From Pseudomonas aeruginosa PAO1 (lineage in GTDB: Bacteria; Pseudomonadota; Gammaproteobacteria; Pseudomonadales; Pseudomonadaceae): DNA of 64,000 nt. Numbering within the stretch: position 1 is the stretch's first letter; each line of letters opens with the position of its first letter. Below the pieces are notes generated by a model that was given only the letters and a program-made list of their open reading frames with translations, did no database searches and was not told where the DNA came from. Location: NCBI RefSeq assembly GCF_000006765.1, contig NC_002516.2; one strand, 5' to 3'. This document shows positions 36,654-48,608 of this stretch, in pieces. Position numbers and translations under genes: made by a program.

Positions 36654-37807
36654 TGTGCGGCCCCCACGGTCTTCGACAGGTCGACGGGCGTGCCATCGAT
36701 TTCCGCAAGGCGCGGTGTGATCTGCATGTCCGGCCGGACCAGGCCCTTGACGACGATGCGCTCGCCCGGCTGCAGGCCCTGGCGGACGACCCGCAGGCCG
36801 TCGACCATCGGGCCGAGTTCCACCGGCCGGTACTGGGTCTTGTTGCCTTCGTCGACGACCAGCACATAGCGCCTGCCCTGGTCGGTGCCGATGGAATGGT
36901 CGGCGACCAGCACCTGCGCGCGAGGCTTGCCGGTCTCCAGCCTGACCTTGGCGAACAGCCCCGGCGTCAGTTGCCCGTCCGGGTTGTCCACCACCGCCCG
37001 AACCCGGACCGTGCCGGTCCCGCGGTCGGCGGCGTTGGCGAGGAAATCGAGGCGACTGCTTCGTCCATAGGACTCGTCGGTGAGCAGCGCCACCTTGACC
37101 CTGGGGGCCTGCTCGCCTTCCCTGCCGCGGGTCGGCGCCAGGGCCTGCAGGTAGGTGCGCTCGTCGACATCGAAGTACACGTACAGCGGATCGACCGAAA
37201 CGATGCTGGTCAGCGCGGTGACGCCATTGGTGACGTAGTTGCCCTCGGTGACCTGGATATGCCCGACACGCCCGCCGATCGGTGCCGTCACCCGCGTGAA
37301 GCCGAGATCCAGTTGCGCCGCGTCGAGGGCGGCCCTGGCCGCATCGACCTGGGCCTTGCTGGCATTGCGCGAGGCGATGGCGCTGTCGAGCCGCTCCCGG
37401 GCGACGACCTTCCGCGCATACAGCAGCTCGGCTCGCTCGTGTTCGGTGCGCGCCAGCAACGCCGCGGCCTCGGCCTCGCGCAGGCGTGCCCTGGCGGCAT
37501 CCTGCGCCGCCTTGAACACGCGCGGGTCGATGAGGAACAGTTGCTGGCCCTTCTCTACCAGGCGGCCTTCCGGCACCGTAACGTCCTGGATGTAGCCGGC
37601 GACGCGCGGCCGCAGTTCTACCTGCTCGACAGCGGTCAGCGAGCCGGTGAACTCGGCGTAGGGTGTCACCGGGCGAACCACCACCTCGGCGACGGGAACG
37701 CTTGGCGGGGCGCTCGCCGCCCCCGGCGGCGCCGATTCCCCGCAGCCAGCGATAAGGGCCGCGACACCTAGCGTCGCGGTGATGCGGATGAAGTGTCTGA
37801 GATTCAT
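36650..37807 (-). CDS. mexP: RND membrane fusion protein
   Basis: ATG 37807. Lipobox LIAGC and MFP motifs RPRVAG and TRVTAPIGG. Confidence 0.93.
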   Translation of the reverse strand: MNLRHFIRITATLGVAALIAGCGESAPPGAASAPPSVPVAEVVVRPVTPYAEFTGSLTAVEQVELRPRVAGYIQDVTVPEGRLVEKGQQLFLIDPRVFKAAQDAARARLREAEAAALLARTEHERAELLYARKVVARERLDSAIASRNASKAQVDAARAALDAAQLDLGFTRVTAPIGGRVGHIQVTEGNYVTNGVTALTSIVSVDPLYVYFDVDERTYLQALAPTRGREGEQAPRVKVALLTDESYGRSSRLDFLANAADRGTGTVRVRAVVDNPDGQLTPGLFAKVRLETGKPRAQVLVADHSIGTDQGRRYVLVVDEGNKTQYRPVELGPMVDGLRVVRQGLQPGERIVVKGLVRPDMQITPRLAEIDGTPVDLSKTVGAAQ

Positions 37808-37868
37808 TGTTGTGCCTTCCTGGTCTGAGCCTGCGTGGCCTGGCTGGACGAAACCGCTTCCGTGGCCG

Positions 37869-37899
37869 GTTATCGACCTTGACACCTTGGCAAGGTCAA
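37869..37899 (-). promoter_or_regulatory. CueR promoter of mexPQ-opmE
   Basis: TTGACC-TTGCCAAGGTGTCAAGGTC (19 bp)-GATAAC, with dyad GACCTTG-N7-CAAGGTC. Confidence 0.9.
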
Positions 37900-38183
37900 C
37901 CCCCCTTTTTTCCGACCTCATGGCGAAGGCGCAGCGAGCTTTCGGCCGGTCACCGGGGGCGGGACGCCTGGCACGCTCGGAGACGCAGCGGGCAGCTCGG
38001 GAGGGTGGCGGAGGCAGGCCGACCGGCTATCGACGGCCGGCCCAGGGAAGAGGCGAAACGCCCCGTAGGAAGGGAAGTCCGGCAAAGGGCCGGTCGCCGG
38101 GACGGGGACGATCCCGATCTCGCAGCCGGTTGCCGGCCACATGGTAAAATCCGCCTTTGACCGTGAAGCTCGAGGCAATGAAA

Positions 38184-38570
38184 ATGCGCATTCTCCATAC
38201 CATGATCCGGGTCGGAAACATCGATCGCTCGATCGATTTCTATACCCGGGTGCTAGGCATGACCCTGCTCAGGAAGAACGACTATCCCGACGGCCAGTTC
38301 ACCCTCGCCTTCGTCGGCTATGGCAACGAAGCGGATTCCGCGGTGATCGAGCTTACCCACAACTGGGGCGTGGATGCCTACGAGATCGGCACCGGCTACG
38401 GCCATATCGCCATCGAGGTCGACGACGCCTACCAGGCCTGCGACGACATCCGCTACAACGGCGGCCAGGTCACCCGCGAAGCCGGGCCGATGAAGCACGG
38501 TACCACCGTGATCGCCTTCGTGACCGACCCGGACGGCTACAAGATCGAACTGATCCAGAAGTCTTCCTGA
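38184..38570 (+). CDS. gloA1: Lactoylglutathione lyase (glyoxalase I)
   Basis: GAGG SD fits ATG 38184 (128 aa). Motifs [21 protein letters not shown] and DPDGYKIE. Confidence 0.95.
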   Translation: MRILHTMIRVGNIDRSIDFYTRVLGMTLLRKNDYPDGQFTLAFVGYGNEADSAVIELTHNWGVDAYEIGTGYGHIAIEVDDAYQACDDIRYNGGQVTREAGPMKHGTTVIAFVTDPDGYKIELIQKSS

Positions 38571-38599
38571 ACGGCCCCGGCTATCGCTTTCAGCAATCA

Positions 38600-38640
38600 G
38601 GAACGAAGAACCCCGGCTCATGGCCGGGGTTCTTCGTTCC
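38600..38640. terminator. Hairpin between convergent gloA1 and argG
   Basis: Perfect 18-bp stem GGAACGAAGAACCCCGGC with a 5-nt loop. Confidence 0.8.
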
Positions 38641-38661
38641 ATCGCAGGCAGCGCGCGTCGG

Positions 38662-39879
<1,218 letters not shown>

Positions 39880-39909
39880 GCCATCACTCCACGGGGGTCG
39901 TCACGAAAA

Positions 39910-39976
39910 GCGACAATTCTACGCAGGGCATTCGGGAAATTACAGAGGGGCGACAGCTTTAGACGCAAAAGCGACA
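39910..39976 (-). promoter_or_regulatory. argG promoter with ArgR-type TGTCGC half-sites
   Basis: TGTCGC at 39976-71, 39955-50 (21-bp spacing; the second reads TGTCGC-N6-GTAA) and 39915-10, the last abutting the -10 TAGAAT (39921-16). Confidence 0.6.
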
Positions 39977-39996
39977 GATTCTATCGTTTGCGCGAC

Positions 39997-40962
39997 TCAA
40001 ACCGTGGGTTTTCCCTGAAGCGAGGCGGCCGGAGGCTTCGGTGCGGCAGGTTCTGCCGCGGGCGGCGCCGGCTTGTCCTCGGCCTTCGGCGCTTCCGTCG
40101 CCGGCTCGACCACCGCCTCGCGCGACAGGTGCACGGTGACCCGGCGGTTGCGCGCACGGTTGGCGGCGCTGTTGTTGGCCACCAGCGGGTAGCGCTCGCC
40201 GTAGAAGCGCACGTTGATCTGGCTTTCCGGCACCCCGTTGCTCTTCAGGTACTCCTGCACCGCCAGCGCGCGGCGGCGCGACAGGTCGCGGTTGGTCAGG
40301 CGGTTGCCGCTGTTGTCGGAGTGCCCGTCGAGTTCGATCCGGTTGATGCTCGGATCGGCCTTGAGCAGTTGCAGGATGATGTCCAGCTTGGCTCGCGCCA
40401 CGTCGTTCAGCGCCGTGCCGCCGTCGGGGAAGCCGACCTGGGCCAGCTTGACCTGGTCGAAGTTCACCGGCAGCAGCTTGGCGATGCAGGCCTGGTACTG
40501 GCTGTAGACGCTGGCGAAGCGCGCCGGCAGCAGGCGCACCTCCAGGCGATCGCCCTGCCAGGTGCGATGGCGGACCAGCGGGCTGCGCCCCTCGAGCAGG
40601 CCGGTGAGCAACCGACCGGCCTGTTGCTGGCTGCTGTTGAACGGCACCTCGCCGCTACCGATGCTGACCTGGCCAAGGTTGATGTCGCCCTGCCCCGGTC
40701 GCCAGGGCGGCGCGGCAGCCAGCAGGGTCGCCGACCCGCGCCCCAGCCACTGGGCCTCGGGCTTCAGGCGGAAGGTCGCCTGCTCGCCGGCACGCCGGAC
40801 GAACTCGCCGACTCCGAAATTCGCCACCGGCTGCGACAGGCGGCATTCGAACTGGTCGCCTTCGACCTTCCACTCGACGCTCTCCAGCCGCGTCTGGAAG
40901 GTCACCGCCAGCGCCGGCAGGCTGCTGAGCAGGAAAGGCAATAGAAGAAGGCGCGGCTGCAC
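39997..40962 (-). CDS. motY: Flagellar stator-associated protein with OmpA-like domain
   Basis: GTG 40962 gives 321 aa. Signal peptide, FECRLSQ, and OmpA motifs GHSD, LSRRRA and NRRV. Confidence 0.9.
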   Translation of the reverse strand: MQPRLLLLPFLLSSLPALAVTFQTRLESVEWKVEGDQFECRLSQPVANFGVGEFVRRAGEQATFRLKPEAQWLGRGSATLLAAAPPWRPGQGDINLGQVSIGSGEVPFNSSQQQAGRLLTGLLEGRSPLVRHRTWQGDRLEVRLLPARFASVYSQYQACIAKLLPVNFDQVKLAQVGFPDGGTALNDVARAKLDIILQLLKADPSINRIELDGHSDNSGNRLTNRDLSRRRALAVQEYLKSNGVPESQINVRFYGERYPLVANNSAANRARNRRVTVHLSREAVVEPATEAPKAEDKPAPPAAEPAAPKPPAASLQGKPTV

Positions 40963-41000
40963 GACGGCGGGCTCCGGGAAAGCGTCCAAATACGAAGGAT

Positions 41001-41027
41001 GTATCGGACGGCCCGGACAAAACTTGA
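41001..41027 (-). promoter_or_regulatory. Putative sigma28 (FliA) promoter of motY
   Basis: TCAAG-N14-TCCGATAC on the minus strand. Confidence 0.65.
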
Positions 41028-41094
41028 TAGCGAGTGCCCCGCCCCCCCTTTTCCGGTAGCATTTCCCCCCACGAAATCCCGTCCTGGAAGCCCC

Positions 41095-42141
41095 ATGTCC
41101 GACCGTCTCACCCTCCTGCGCCCCGACGACTGGCACATTCACCTGCGTGACGGTGCCGCGCTGGCCAATACCGTCGGCGACGCCGCCCGCACCTTCGGCC
41201 GCGCCATCGTCATGCCGAACCTGGTGCCGCCGGTGCGCAACGCCGCCGAAGCCGACGCCTACCGGCAGCGCATCCTCGCCGCCCGTCCCGCCGCCAGCCG
41301 CTTCGAGCCGCTGATGGTGCTGTACCTCACCGACCGCACCAGCACCGAGGAAATCCGTACCGCCAAGGCCAGCGGCTTCGTGCATGCCGCCAAGCTCTAT
41401 CCGGCAGGCGCCACCACCAACTCGGACTCTGGCGTGACCCGCATCGACAATATCTTCGAAGCGCTCGAGGCGATGGCCGAGGTCGGCATGCCGCTGCTGG
41501 TGCATGGCGAGGTGACCCGCGCCGAGGTCGACGTATTCGATCGCGAGAAGCAGTTCATCGACGAGCACCTGCGCCGGGTGGTCGAGCGCTTCCCGACCCT
41601 GAAAGTGGTCTTCGAGCACATCACCACCGGCGACGCCGCCCAGTTCGTCCGGGAAGCCCCGGCCAACGTCGGCGCGACCATTACCGCCCATCACCTGCTG
41701 TACAACCGCAACCACATGCTGGTCGGCGGTATCCGTCCGCACTTCTATTGCCTGCCGATCCTCAAGCGCAACACCCACCAGGAAGCCCTGCTGGACGCCG
41801 CGGTGAGCGGCAATCCGAAATTCTTCCTCGGCACCGACTCGGCGCCGCACGCCCGCCACGCCAAGGAAGCCGCCTGCGGTTGCGCCGGCTGCTACAGCGC
41901 CTACGCCGCCATCGAGCTGTATGCCGAGGCCTTCGAACAGCGCAATGCGCTGGACAAGCTGGAAGGCTTCGCCAGCCTGCACGGCCCGGACTTCTATGGC
42001 CTGCCGCGCAACACCGACCGGATCACCCTGGTCCGCGAGGAATGGCAGGCGCCCGCCAGCCTCCCCTTCGGCGACTTCGACGTGGTGCCGCTGCGCGCCG
42101 GAGAGACACTCCGCTGGAAACTGCTGGAGGCCGGGGCATGA
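41095..42141 (+). CDS. pyrC: Dihydroorotase
   Basis: Motifs [28 protein letters not shown] and GTDSAPH. Confidence 0.97.
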   Translation: MSDRLTLLRPDDWHIHLRDGAALANTVGDAARTFGRAIVMPNLVPPVRNAAEADAYRQRILAARPAASRFEPLMVLYLTDRTSTEEIRTAKASGFVHAAKLYPAGATTNSDSGVTRIDNIFEALEAMAEVGMPLLVHGEVTRAEVDVFDREKQFIDEHLRRVVERFPTLKVVFEHITTGDAAQFVREAPANVGATITAHHLLYNRNHMLVGGIRPHFYCLPILKRNTHQEALLDAAVSGNPKFFLGTDSAPHARHAKEAACGCAGCYSAYAAIELYAEAFEQRNALDKLEGFASLHGPDFYGLPRNTDRITLVREEWQAPASLPFGDFDVVPLRAGETLRWKLLEAGA

Positions 42142-42812
42142 GCGAAGACAACTTCGACGACGAATTCGACGGCAGCCTCCCCAGCGGCCCGCGCCATCCG
42201 ATGGCGCGCCGCTTCCGCGGCTACCTGCCGGTAGTGGTGGACGTCGAGACCGGCGGCTTCAACTCGGCCACCGACGCGCTGCTGGAAATCGCCGCGACCA
42301 CCGTCGGCATGGACGAGAAAGGCTTCCTGTTCCCGGAACACACCTACTTCTTCCGCATCGAGCCCTTCGAAGGCGCCAACATCGAGCCGGCCGCGTTGGA
42401 ATTCACCGGCATCAAGCTCGACCACCCGCTACGCATGGCGGTGCAGGAGGAAGCGGCACTCACCGAGATCTTCCGCGGCATCCGCAAGGCGCTGAAGGCC
42501 AATGGCTGCAAGCGGGCGATCCTGGTCGGCCACAACAGCAGCTTCGACCTCGGTTTCCTCAATGCCGCCGTGGCGCGTACCGGGATCAAGCGCAATCCGT
42601 TCCATCCCTTCTCCAGCTTCGACACCGCCACCCTGGCTGGCCTCGCCTACGGCCAGACGGTCCTGGCCAAGGCCTGCCAGGCCGCCGGCATGGAGTTCGA
42701 CAACCGCGAGGCGCACTCGGCACGCTACGACACCGAGAAGACCGCCGAGCTGTTCTGCGGCATCGTCAACCGCTGGAAGGAAATGGGCGGCTGGATGGAT
42801 GACGACGACTGA
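42138..42812 (+). CDS. rnt: Ribonuclease T
   Basis: DEDD exonuclease motifs [15 protein letters not shown] and AHSARYD. Confidence 0.96.
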   Translation: MSEDNFDDEFDGSLPSGPRHPMARRFRGYLPVVVDVETGGFNSATDALLEIAATTVGMDEKGFLFPEHTYFFRIEPFEGANIEPAALEFTGIKLDHPLRMAVQEEAALTEIFRGIRKALKANGCKRAILVGHNSSFDLGFLNAAVARTGIKRNPFHPFSSFDTATLAGLAYGQTVLAKACQAAGMEFDNREAHSARYDTEKTAELFCGIVNRWKEMGGWMDDDD

Positions 42813-42827
42813 GCCTCGGCCCACTTA

Positions 42828-42859
42828 GGCGGATAACGCCAGGACGTTATCCGTCCTAC
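42828..42859 (-). repeat. GTAG-family REP element
   Basis: Minus strand reads GTAG-GACGGATAACG-TCCTGG-CGTTATCCGCC. Confidence 0.7.
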
Positions 42860-42939
42860 GCGACCGGTCAGGCAATCTCCCCCTCTTCGGAGCGAGGCGC
42901 GTGACCTGGGATGGGGCTGCCGGCCCTCGCGAGCCCATG

Positions 42940-42967
42940 AAAAAGCCCCGCCGAAGCGGGGCTTTTT
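42940..42967. terminator. Bidirectional intrinsic terminator
   Basis: AAAAAGCCCCGC-cgaa-GCGGGGCTTTTT. Confidence 0.9.
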
Positions 42968-42990
42968 CCAACGCGCGAAGCACGCTCTTC

Positions 42991-43593
<603 letters not shown>

Positions 43594-43788
43594 TCCATGT
43601 CTCCTTTAAGCGGAAGGTTGAAGGACGGCACCGCAGCCTGCCGGCTCCTCGTGAAGCCTCGATGGCAGGGGCGCCGTTCCCCGGGAAACAACCATCATAC
43701 ACCCCGCCCCAGCCGGCGCTAAGTCTTTGTCCGACAAAGCCATTTGTCGGGGGGCGAAAAAAACCCGACTAAAACGCTCCAGGGAACT

Positions 43789-43817
43789 TTGACAATCATT
43801 CTCATTATTATTAGTAT
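43789..43817 (+). promoter_or_regulatory. sigma70 promoter of bfd overlapped by a Fur box
   Basis: TTGACA-17 bp-TAGTAT. GACAATCATTCTCATTATT (43791-43809) matches the Fur consensus at 14/19. Confidence 0.85.
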
Positions 43818-43852
43818 CTTTTCCAACTCAACTTCCCAGTAGCCAGATCGCC

Positions 43853-44074
43853 ATGTACGTCTGCCTCTGCCAAGGTGTTACCGACAACCAGATCCGCGAT
43901 GCCATCTACGAAGGCTGCTGCAGCTATCGTGAGGTTCGCGAAGCCACCGGCGTCGGTACCCAGTGCGGCAAGTGCGCATGCCTGGCCAAGCAGGTGGTAC
44001 GCGAAACCCTCAACGACCTGCAGAGTGCCCAGCCGGTACCGGCGTTCGGGACTACGGCGTTCGTCGCTGCCTGA
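43853..44074 (+). CDS. bfd: Bacterioferritin-associated ferredoxin
   Basis: Motifs MYVCLC and CGKC. Confidence 0.96.
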   Translation: MYVCLCQGVTDNQIRDAIYEGCCSYREVREATGVGTQCGKCACLAKQVVRETLNDLQSAQPVPAFGTTAFVAA

Positions 44075-44102
44075 AAAATATTTTTTATCCCTCTTTCAGA
44101 AG

Positions 44103-44128
44103 AACCGGGCCTGGCGCCCGGTTTTTTT
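44103..44128 (+). terminator. Terminator after bfd
   Basis: AACCGGGC-5 nt loop-GCCCGGTT followed by a T tract. Confidence 0.8.
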
Positions 44129-44283
44129 ATGCCTTCAATTCAATGACTTAGCGGCAGAACGCGGAAAGAAAACATTCGTATTCATATTCTTTTTCCCTTA
44201 TATTTCAATAACTTAGGTTTGACACCCTGCTTCGTCGCGGCCAAACTTGGCGAATCACACCCACTACGACGGCAGGATTCGGC

Positions 44284-44760
44284 ATGAAAGGCGACAAGAA
44301 AGTCATCCAGCACCTCAACAAGATCCTCGGCAACGAGCTGATCGCGATCAACCAGTACTTCCTCCACTCGCGCATGTGGAACGACTGGGGCCTGAAGCGC
44401 CTCGGCGCCCACGAGTACCACGAGTCGATCGACGAGATGAAGCATGCCGACAAGCTCATCGAGCGCATCCTCTTCCTCGAAGGCCTGCCCAACCTGCAGG
44501 ACCTCGGCAAGCTGCTGATCGGCGAGAACACCCAGGAAATGCTGCAGTGCGACCTGAACCTGGAGCTGAAGGCGACCAAGGACCTGCGCGAAGCCATCGT
44601 GCATTGCGAGCAGGTGCACGACTACGTCAGCCGCGACCTGCTGAAGGACATCCTGGAGTCGGAAGAAGAGCACATCGACTACTTGGAAACCCAGCTGGGC
44701 CTGATCCAGAAAGTCGGCCTGGAGAACTACCTGCAGTCGCACATGCACGAAGACGACTGA
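44284..44760 (+). CDS. bfrB: Bacterioferritin B
   Basis: Motifs [18 protein letters not shown] (heme Met) and EEEHID. Confidence 0.97.
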
Positions 44761-44775
44761 TCGGGAACCACGACG

Positions 44776-44809
44776 AAGCGCCGGCGGCCTGCCCCGCCGG
44801 CGCTTTTTT
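44776..44809 (+). terminator. Terminator after bfrB
   Basis: 12-bp stem AAGCGCCGGCGG followed by T6. Confidence 0.85.
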
Positions 44810-44826
44810 CTTGCCGCCAGAAAGCC

Positions 44827-45978
44827 TCAGGCGCTGCGCGGCCTGCGCCGGACCAGATCGGCGCGCAGGGCCAGCAACAGGCAAAGACCGACCAGTACCA
44901 GCAATGCCCAGCGCAGGCCGATCTCGTGGGCCAGCAGGCCGATCAGCGGCGGTCCCATCAGCAGTCCGCCATACCCCACGGTAGAGACGGCGGCGACCCC
45001 GATCACCGGATCGATGCCCGGCTGGTTGCCAGCAGCGCTGATCACGATCGGCACCATCACCGACAGTCCCAGGCCAACCACCCCGAAACCGGCGATGCTC
45101 AGCGCCGGCCAGGGGCTGAACAGCGCCACCAGCATGCCCAGCGTGGCCAGCGAACCCAGGCCGCGCAGCAACGGCGCATCGTCGATGCGTCCGCGCAGGC
45201 GGTCGCCGAACAGCCGCCCCACCACCATCGCCGCGGAAAACGCCGCGAAGCCCAGCGCCGCCACCCGCTCGGAAGCATCCAGAACGCTGTGCAGGAACAG
45301 CGCGCTCCAGTCAGCCACGCCGCCCTCGGAAACGAACGCGCAGAGAATCAGCAGGCCCAGGCCGAGCAAGGCCCGCGGCGGCAAGGTGAAGCCGCCGCCC
45401 TTGCGCGCGCCCGCCTTGCTCGGGTCCGGCGGAAGCAACGCGCGTACGAAGAATGGCAGGCTCAGCAGGCCGAGTGCGGTGAGAATGAGGAAGTGCCAGA
45501 ACGGCGTCAGTCCGGCCAGGGCCGCGGCGCTCAACGCACCGACCAGGCAACCGAGGCTGTACATGCCATGCAGCATGGACATGCAGGGCTTGCCGAGCAG
45601 GCGCTCGACATCCACCGCCTGGATGTTCATCGCCACGTCCATCCCGGCGAAGCTCACGCCCAGCACGTAGAAGGCCAACGCCAGTTGCCACCAGCCCTGG
45701 CTCAGGCCGAGCAGCGGAAACACCAGCAGCATGATCAGGCAACCGCCGATCACTACGCTGCGGCTGCCGATGCGCTGGACCAGGAAACCGCTCAACGGGA
45801 ACGCCGTGAGCGCGCCGACCCCGACGCCGAGCAGGGCCTGGCCGAGCGCGCGCTCGTCCAGCTGGGTCTGCTCCTTGAGCGCCGGGATGCGTCCCATCAG
45901 GTTGCCGATGACCAGCCCGGCCATGGCGAAGAAATAGATGCAAGCCAGGCGACCCTGGCGAGGATTGACTTCCGACAT
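44827..45978 (-). CDS. MFS transporter
   Basis: GGAG SD, ATG 45978. About 12 hydrophobic segments and MFS loop GRLFGDRLRGR. Confidence 0.88.
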   Translation of the reverse strand: MSEVNPRQGRLACIYFFAMAGLVIGNLMGRIPALKEQTQLDERALGQALLGVGVGALTAFPLSGFLVQRIGSRSVVIGGCLIMLLVFPLLGLSQGWWQLALAFYVLGVSFAGMDVAMNIQAVDVERLLGKPCMSMLHGMYSLGCLVGALSAAALAGLTPFWHFLILTALGLLSLPFFVRALLPPDPSKAGARKGGGFTLPPRALLGLGLLILCAFVSEGGVADWSALFLHSVLDASERVAALGFAAFSAAMVVGRLFGDRLRGRIDDAPLLRGLGSLATLGMLVALFSPWPALSIAGFGVVGLGLSVMVPIVISAAGNQPGIDPVIGVAAVSTVGYGGLLMGPPLIGLLAHEIGLRWALLVLVGLCLLLALRADLVRRRPRSA

Positions 45979-46013
45979 GGAGGCTCCCGGTTTCCTTGCT
46001 GGTTTCTCCGGAC

Positions 46014-46040
46014 AAAAAAGAAACCCCGCACAAGGCGGGG
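46014..46040 (-). terminator. Terminator after grxD
   Basis: CCCCGC/GCGGGG stem with a U-rich tract on the minus strand. Confidence 0.7.
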
Positions 46041-46060
46041 CTCTTCGTCGGATGCGCGGA

Positions 46061-46387
46061 TCAGGCGTTGGCTTTGGCCGCCGCGTCCTTGACCAGGGTC
46101 TGCAGTTCGCCCTTCTCGAACATCTCGGCGAGGATGTCGCTGCCGCCGACCAGTTCGCCATTGACCCACAGCTGCGGGAAGGTCGGCCAGTTCGCGTACT
46201 TCGGCAGGTTGGCGCGGATTTCCGGGTTCTGCAGGATGTCGACGTAGGCGAACTTCTCGCCACAGGCCATCAGCACCTGGGCCGCGCGCGAGGAGAAACC
46301 GCACTGCGGGGCGTTCGGCGAACCCTTCATGTACAGCAGGATGGGGTTGTTGGCGATCTGCTCTTTAATGGTTTCGATGATGTCCAT
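46061..46387 (-). CDS. grxD: Monothiol glutaredoxin
   Basis: Motifs PQCGFS and WPTFPQL. Confidence 0.96.
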   Translation of the reverse strand: MDIIETIKEQIANNPILLYMKGSPNAPQCGFSSRAAQVLMACGEKFAYVDILQNPEIRANLPKYANWPTFPQLWVNGELVGGSDILAEMFEKGELQTLVKDAAAKANA

Positions 46388-46499
46388 GGCTTACCTCAAC
46401 AGGAACGTTTCGACACGGTAACTCGGCAAATAATGACCGGTATTGTATCGGAAAGCCTAGCGCGACGCTCGGCTTTACTCTCGCGTTCCGTCGACCCGC

Positions 46500-48608
46500 T
46501 CAGGCCGCTTCCACCTCCACCGGCAGGCCGTTGAGCGCGGCGTTACCCGACAGCAGGTCGAGATGACGCTCGTCGGTCAGGTCGTTGGCGCTGACGCCGG
46601 CCTGGGCGCGGGCGATCGCCAGTTGCACGCCGGGCCGCGCGTGGCCCCAGCCGTGCGGCAGGCTGACCACCCCGGGCATCATCTCGCTGCTCGCCGCCAC
46701 CTCCACCTCCACGCTGCCGACCCGCGAGCGCACCCGCACCCGTTGCCCGTCGACCAGGCCGCGACCCTCCAGGTCCCGCGGGTGCATCAGCAACTGATGA
46801 CGCGGCTTGCCCTTCACCAGGCGATGGTAGTTGTGCATCCAGGAATTGTTGCTGCGCACGTGGCGTCGTCCGATCAGCAGCAACTGGTCGGACGCAGGCA
46901 GCGGCTGTGCGGCGAAGCGTTGCAGGTCGTCGACGAACAGCGGCGGCGCGGCCTGGATGCGCTGGTCGGCGGTCTTCAGGCGCGGCGCCAGGTTCGGCCG
47001 CAGCGGCCCGAGGTCGATGCCGTGGGGATGTTCGCGCAGAGTGGCCAGGCTCAGCCTGTGCTCGGAACGGTCGCCGTAGGCACCAGCGCGCAGGCCCAGG
47101 TCGATCATCTGCTGCGGCTCCAGGGTCGGTTTCAGCTCCAGGCCGTTGCGCGCGGCGAAGGCCCGCGCCAGGCCGACGAAGATCTCCCAGTCGTGCAGCG
47201 CACCCTCGGGACGCGGCAGCACGGCCTCGTTGAAACGGGTCACGTTACGCACGGCGAAGACGTTGAAGGTGGTGTCGTAGTGATCGTGCTCCAGCGGCGC
47301 GGTGGGCGGCAGGATGAGATCGGCGTAGCGGGTCGTCTCGTTGATGTAGAGGTCGATGCTGAGCATGAACTCCAGGCCGTCCAGGGCCTGTTCGAGCCGC
47401 CTCCCGTTGGGCGTGGACAGCACCGGGTTGCCGGCTACCGTGACCAGCGCGCGCACCTGCCCCTCGCCTTCACCGAGGATTTCTTCCGCCAATGCCGCCA
47501 CCGGCAGTTCGCCGCCATATTCCGGCAGCCCCGAGACGCGGCTGCGCCAACGGCCGAAGTGGCCACCCGAGGTACTCGCCACCAGGTCCAGGGCCGGCGA
47601 GGTGCACAGCGCGCCACCGACCCGGTCGAGGTTGCCGGTGACCAGGTTGATCAGTTGCACCAGCCACTGGCAGAGCGTGCCGAAGGCCTGGGTGGAAACG
47701 CCCATCCGGCCATAGCAGACCGCCCGTTCGGCGGCGGCGAAATCCCGCGCCAGTTGGCGAATGCTTTCGGCCGGCACGCCACAGCGCGCGCTCATGGACT
47801 CGGCGTCGAAGACCGCGACCGCCTCGCGCACCCGCTCCAGCCCGTCGACCGGCAGCGGCGTGGGGCGACCGAGGTTCTCCTCGAACAGGGTGTTGAGTAT
47901 CCCGAGCAACAGCGCCGCATCCTGGCCGGGACGAATGAACAGGTGCCGGTCGGCGATAGCCGCGGTCTCGCTGCGCCGGGGATCGACCACCACCAACCGG
48001 CCGCCGCGGGCCTTCAGCGCCTTCAGGCGCTTCTCCACGTCCGGCACGGTCATGATGCTGCCGTTGGACGCCAGCGGGTTGCCGCCGAGCACCAGCATGA
48101 AGTCGGTGTGGTCGATGTCGGGGATCGGGATCAACAAACCATGGCCGTACATCTGCTGGCTGACCAGGTGATGCGGCAACTGGTCGACGGAAGTCGCGGA
48201 GAAGCGGTTGCGCGTTTTCAGCAGGCCGAGGAAGTAGTTGCTATGGGTCATCAGGCCGTAGTTGTGCACGCTCGGATTGCCCTGGTAGACCGCCACCGCA
48301 TCGTTGCCATGGCGCTCGCGGATCTCGCCGAGGCGGCTGGCCACCAGCGCGAAGGCCTCGTCCCAGCCGATCGGCTGCCACTCGCTGCCGACCCGGCGCA
48401 ACGGCTGGCGCAGGCGGTCGGGGTCGTCCTGGATGTCCTGCAGGGCCACCGCCTTGGGACAGACATGGCCGCGGCTGAAGCTGTCCTGCGGGTCGCCCTT
48501 GATCGAGCGGATCCGCGGCACGCCGCCCTCGTCGCTCTCGGTCTCGATGGCGAGCCCGCAGATGGCCTCGCAGAGATGGCACGCACGGTAGTGGAGGGTC
48601 TTGCTCAT
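46500..48608 (-). CDS. Molybdopterin-dinucleotide oxidoreductase, large subunit
   Basis: ATG 48608. N-terminal CHLCEAIC...CPK Fe-S motif, GGNPLASNG, and C-terminal MGD-binding domain. Confidence 0.88.
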   Translation of the reverse strand: MSKTLHYRACHLCEAICGLAIETESDEGGVPRIRSIKGDPQDSFSRGHVCPKAVALQDIQDDPDRLRQPLRRVGSEWQPIGWDEAFALVASRLGEIRERHGNDAVAVYQGNPSVHNYGLMTHSNYFLGLLKTRNRFSATSVDQLPHHLVSQQMYGHGLLIPIPDIDHTDFMLVLGGNPLASNGSIMTVPDVEKRLKALKARGGRLVVVDPRRSETAAIADRHLFIRPGQDAALLLGILNTLFEENLGRPTPLPVDGLERVREAVAVFDAESMSARCGVPAESIRQLARDFAAAERAVCYGRMGVSTQAFGTLCQWLVQLINLVTGNLDRVGGALCTSPALDLVASTSGGHFGRWRSRVSGLPEYGGELPVAALAEEILGEGEGQVRALVTVAGNPVLSTPNGRRLEQALDGLEFMLSIDLYINETTRYADLILPPTAPLEHDHYDTTFNVFAVRNVTRFNEAVLPRPEGALHDWEIFVGLARAFAARNGLELKPTLEPQQMIDLGLRAGAYGDRSEHRLSLATLREHPHGIDLGPLRPNLAPRLKTADQRIQAAPPLFVDDLQRFAAQPLPASDQLLLIGRRHVRSNNSWMHNYHRLVKGKPRHQLLMHPRDLEGRGLVDGQRVRVRSRVGSVEVEVAASSEMMPGVVSLPHGWGHARPGVQLAIARAQAGVSANDLTDERHLDLLSGNAALNGLPVEVEAA

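Noticed and set aside
33147-36869. 1240-aa ORF antisense to mexQ, and similar long antisense or alternate-frame ORFs (48949..51861, 2166..4058, 38620..40944, 46563..48680, 62236..63888)
   Set aside because: These are shadow ORFs typical of high-GC coding DNA. They lie over genes with clear motifs and have no motifs or RBS of their own.
37925-38150. G-rich intergenic hairpins with GAAA/GCAAA loops (possible riboswitch or sRNA)
   Set aside because: The stems are short and do not match the c-di-GMP-I or other riboswitch cores I know. No promoter-terminator pair was found.
41057-41071. C6 run after a possible -10 (TAGCAT) upstream of pyrC, suggesting CTP-sensitive start-site selection
   Set aside because: There is no credible -35 and no SD-sequestering hairpin, so it cannot be supported without TSS data.
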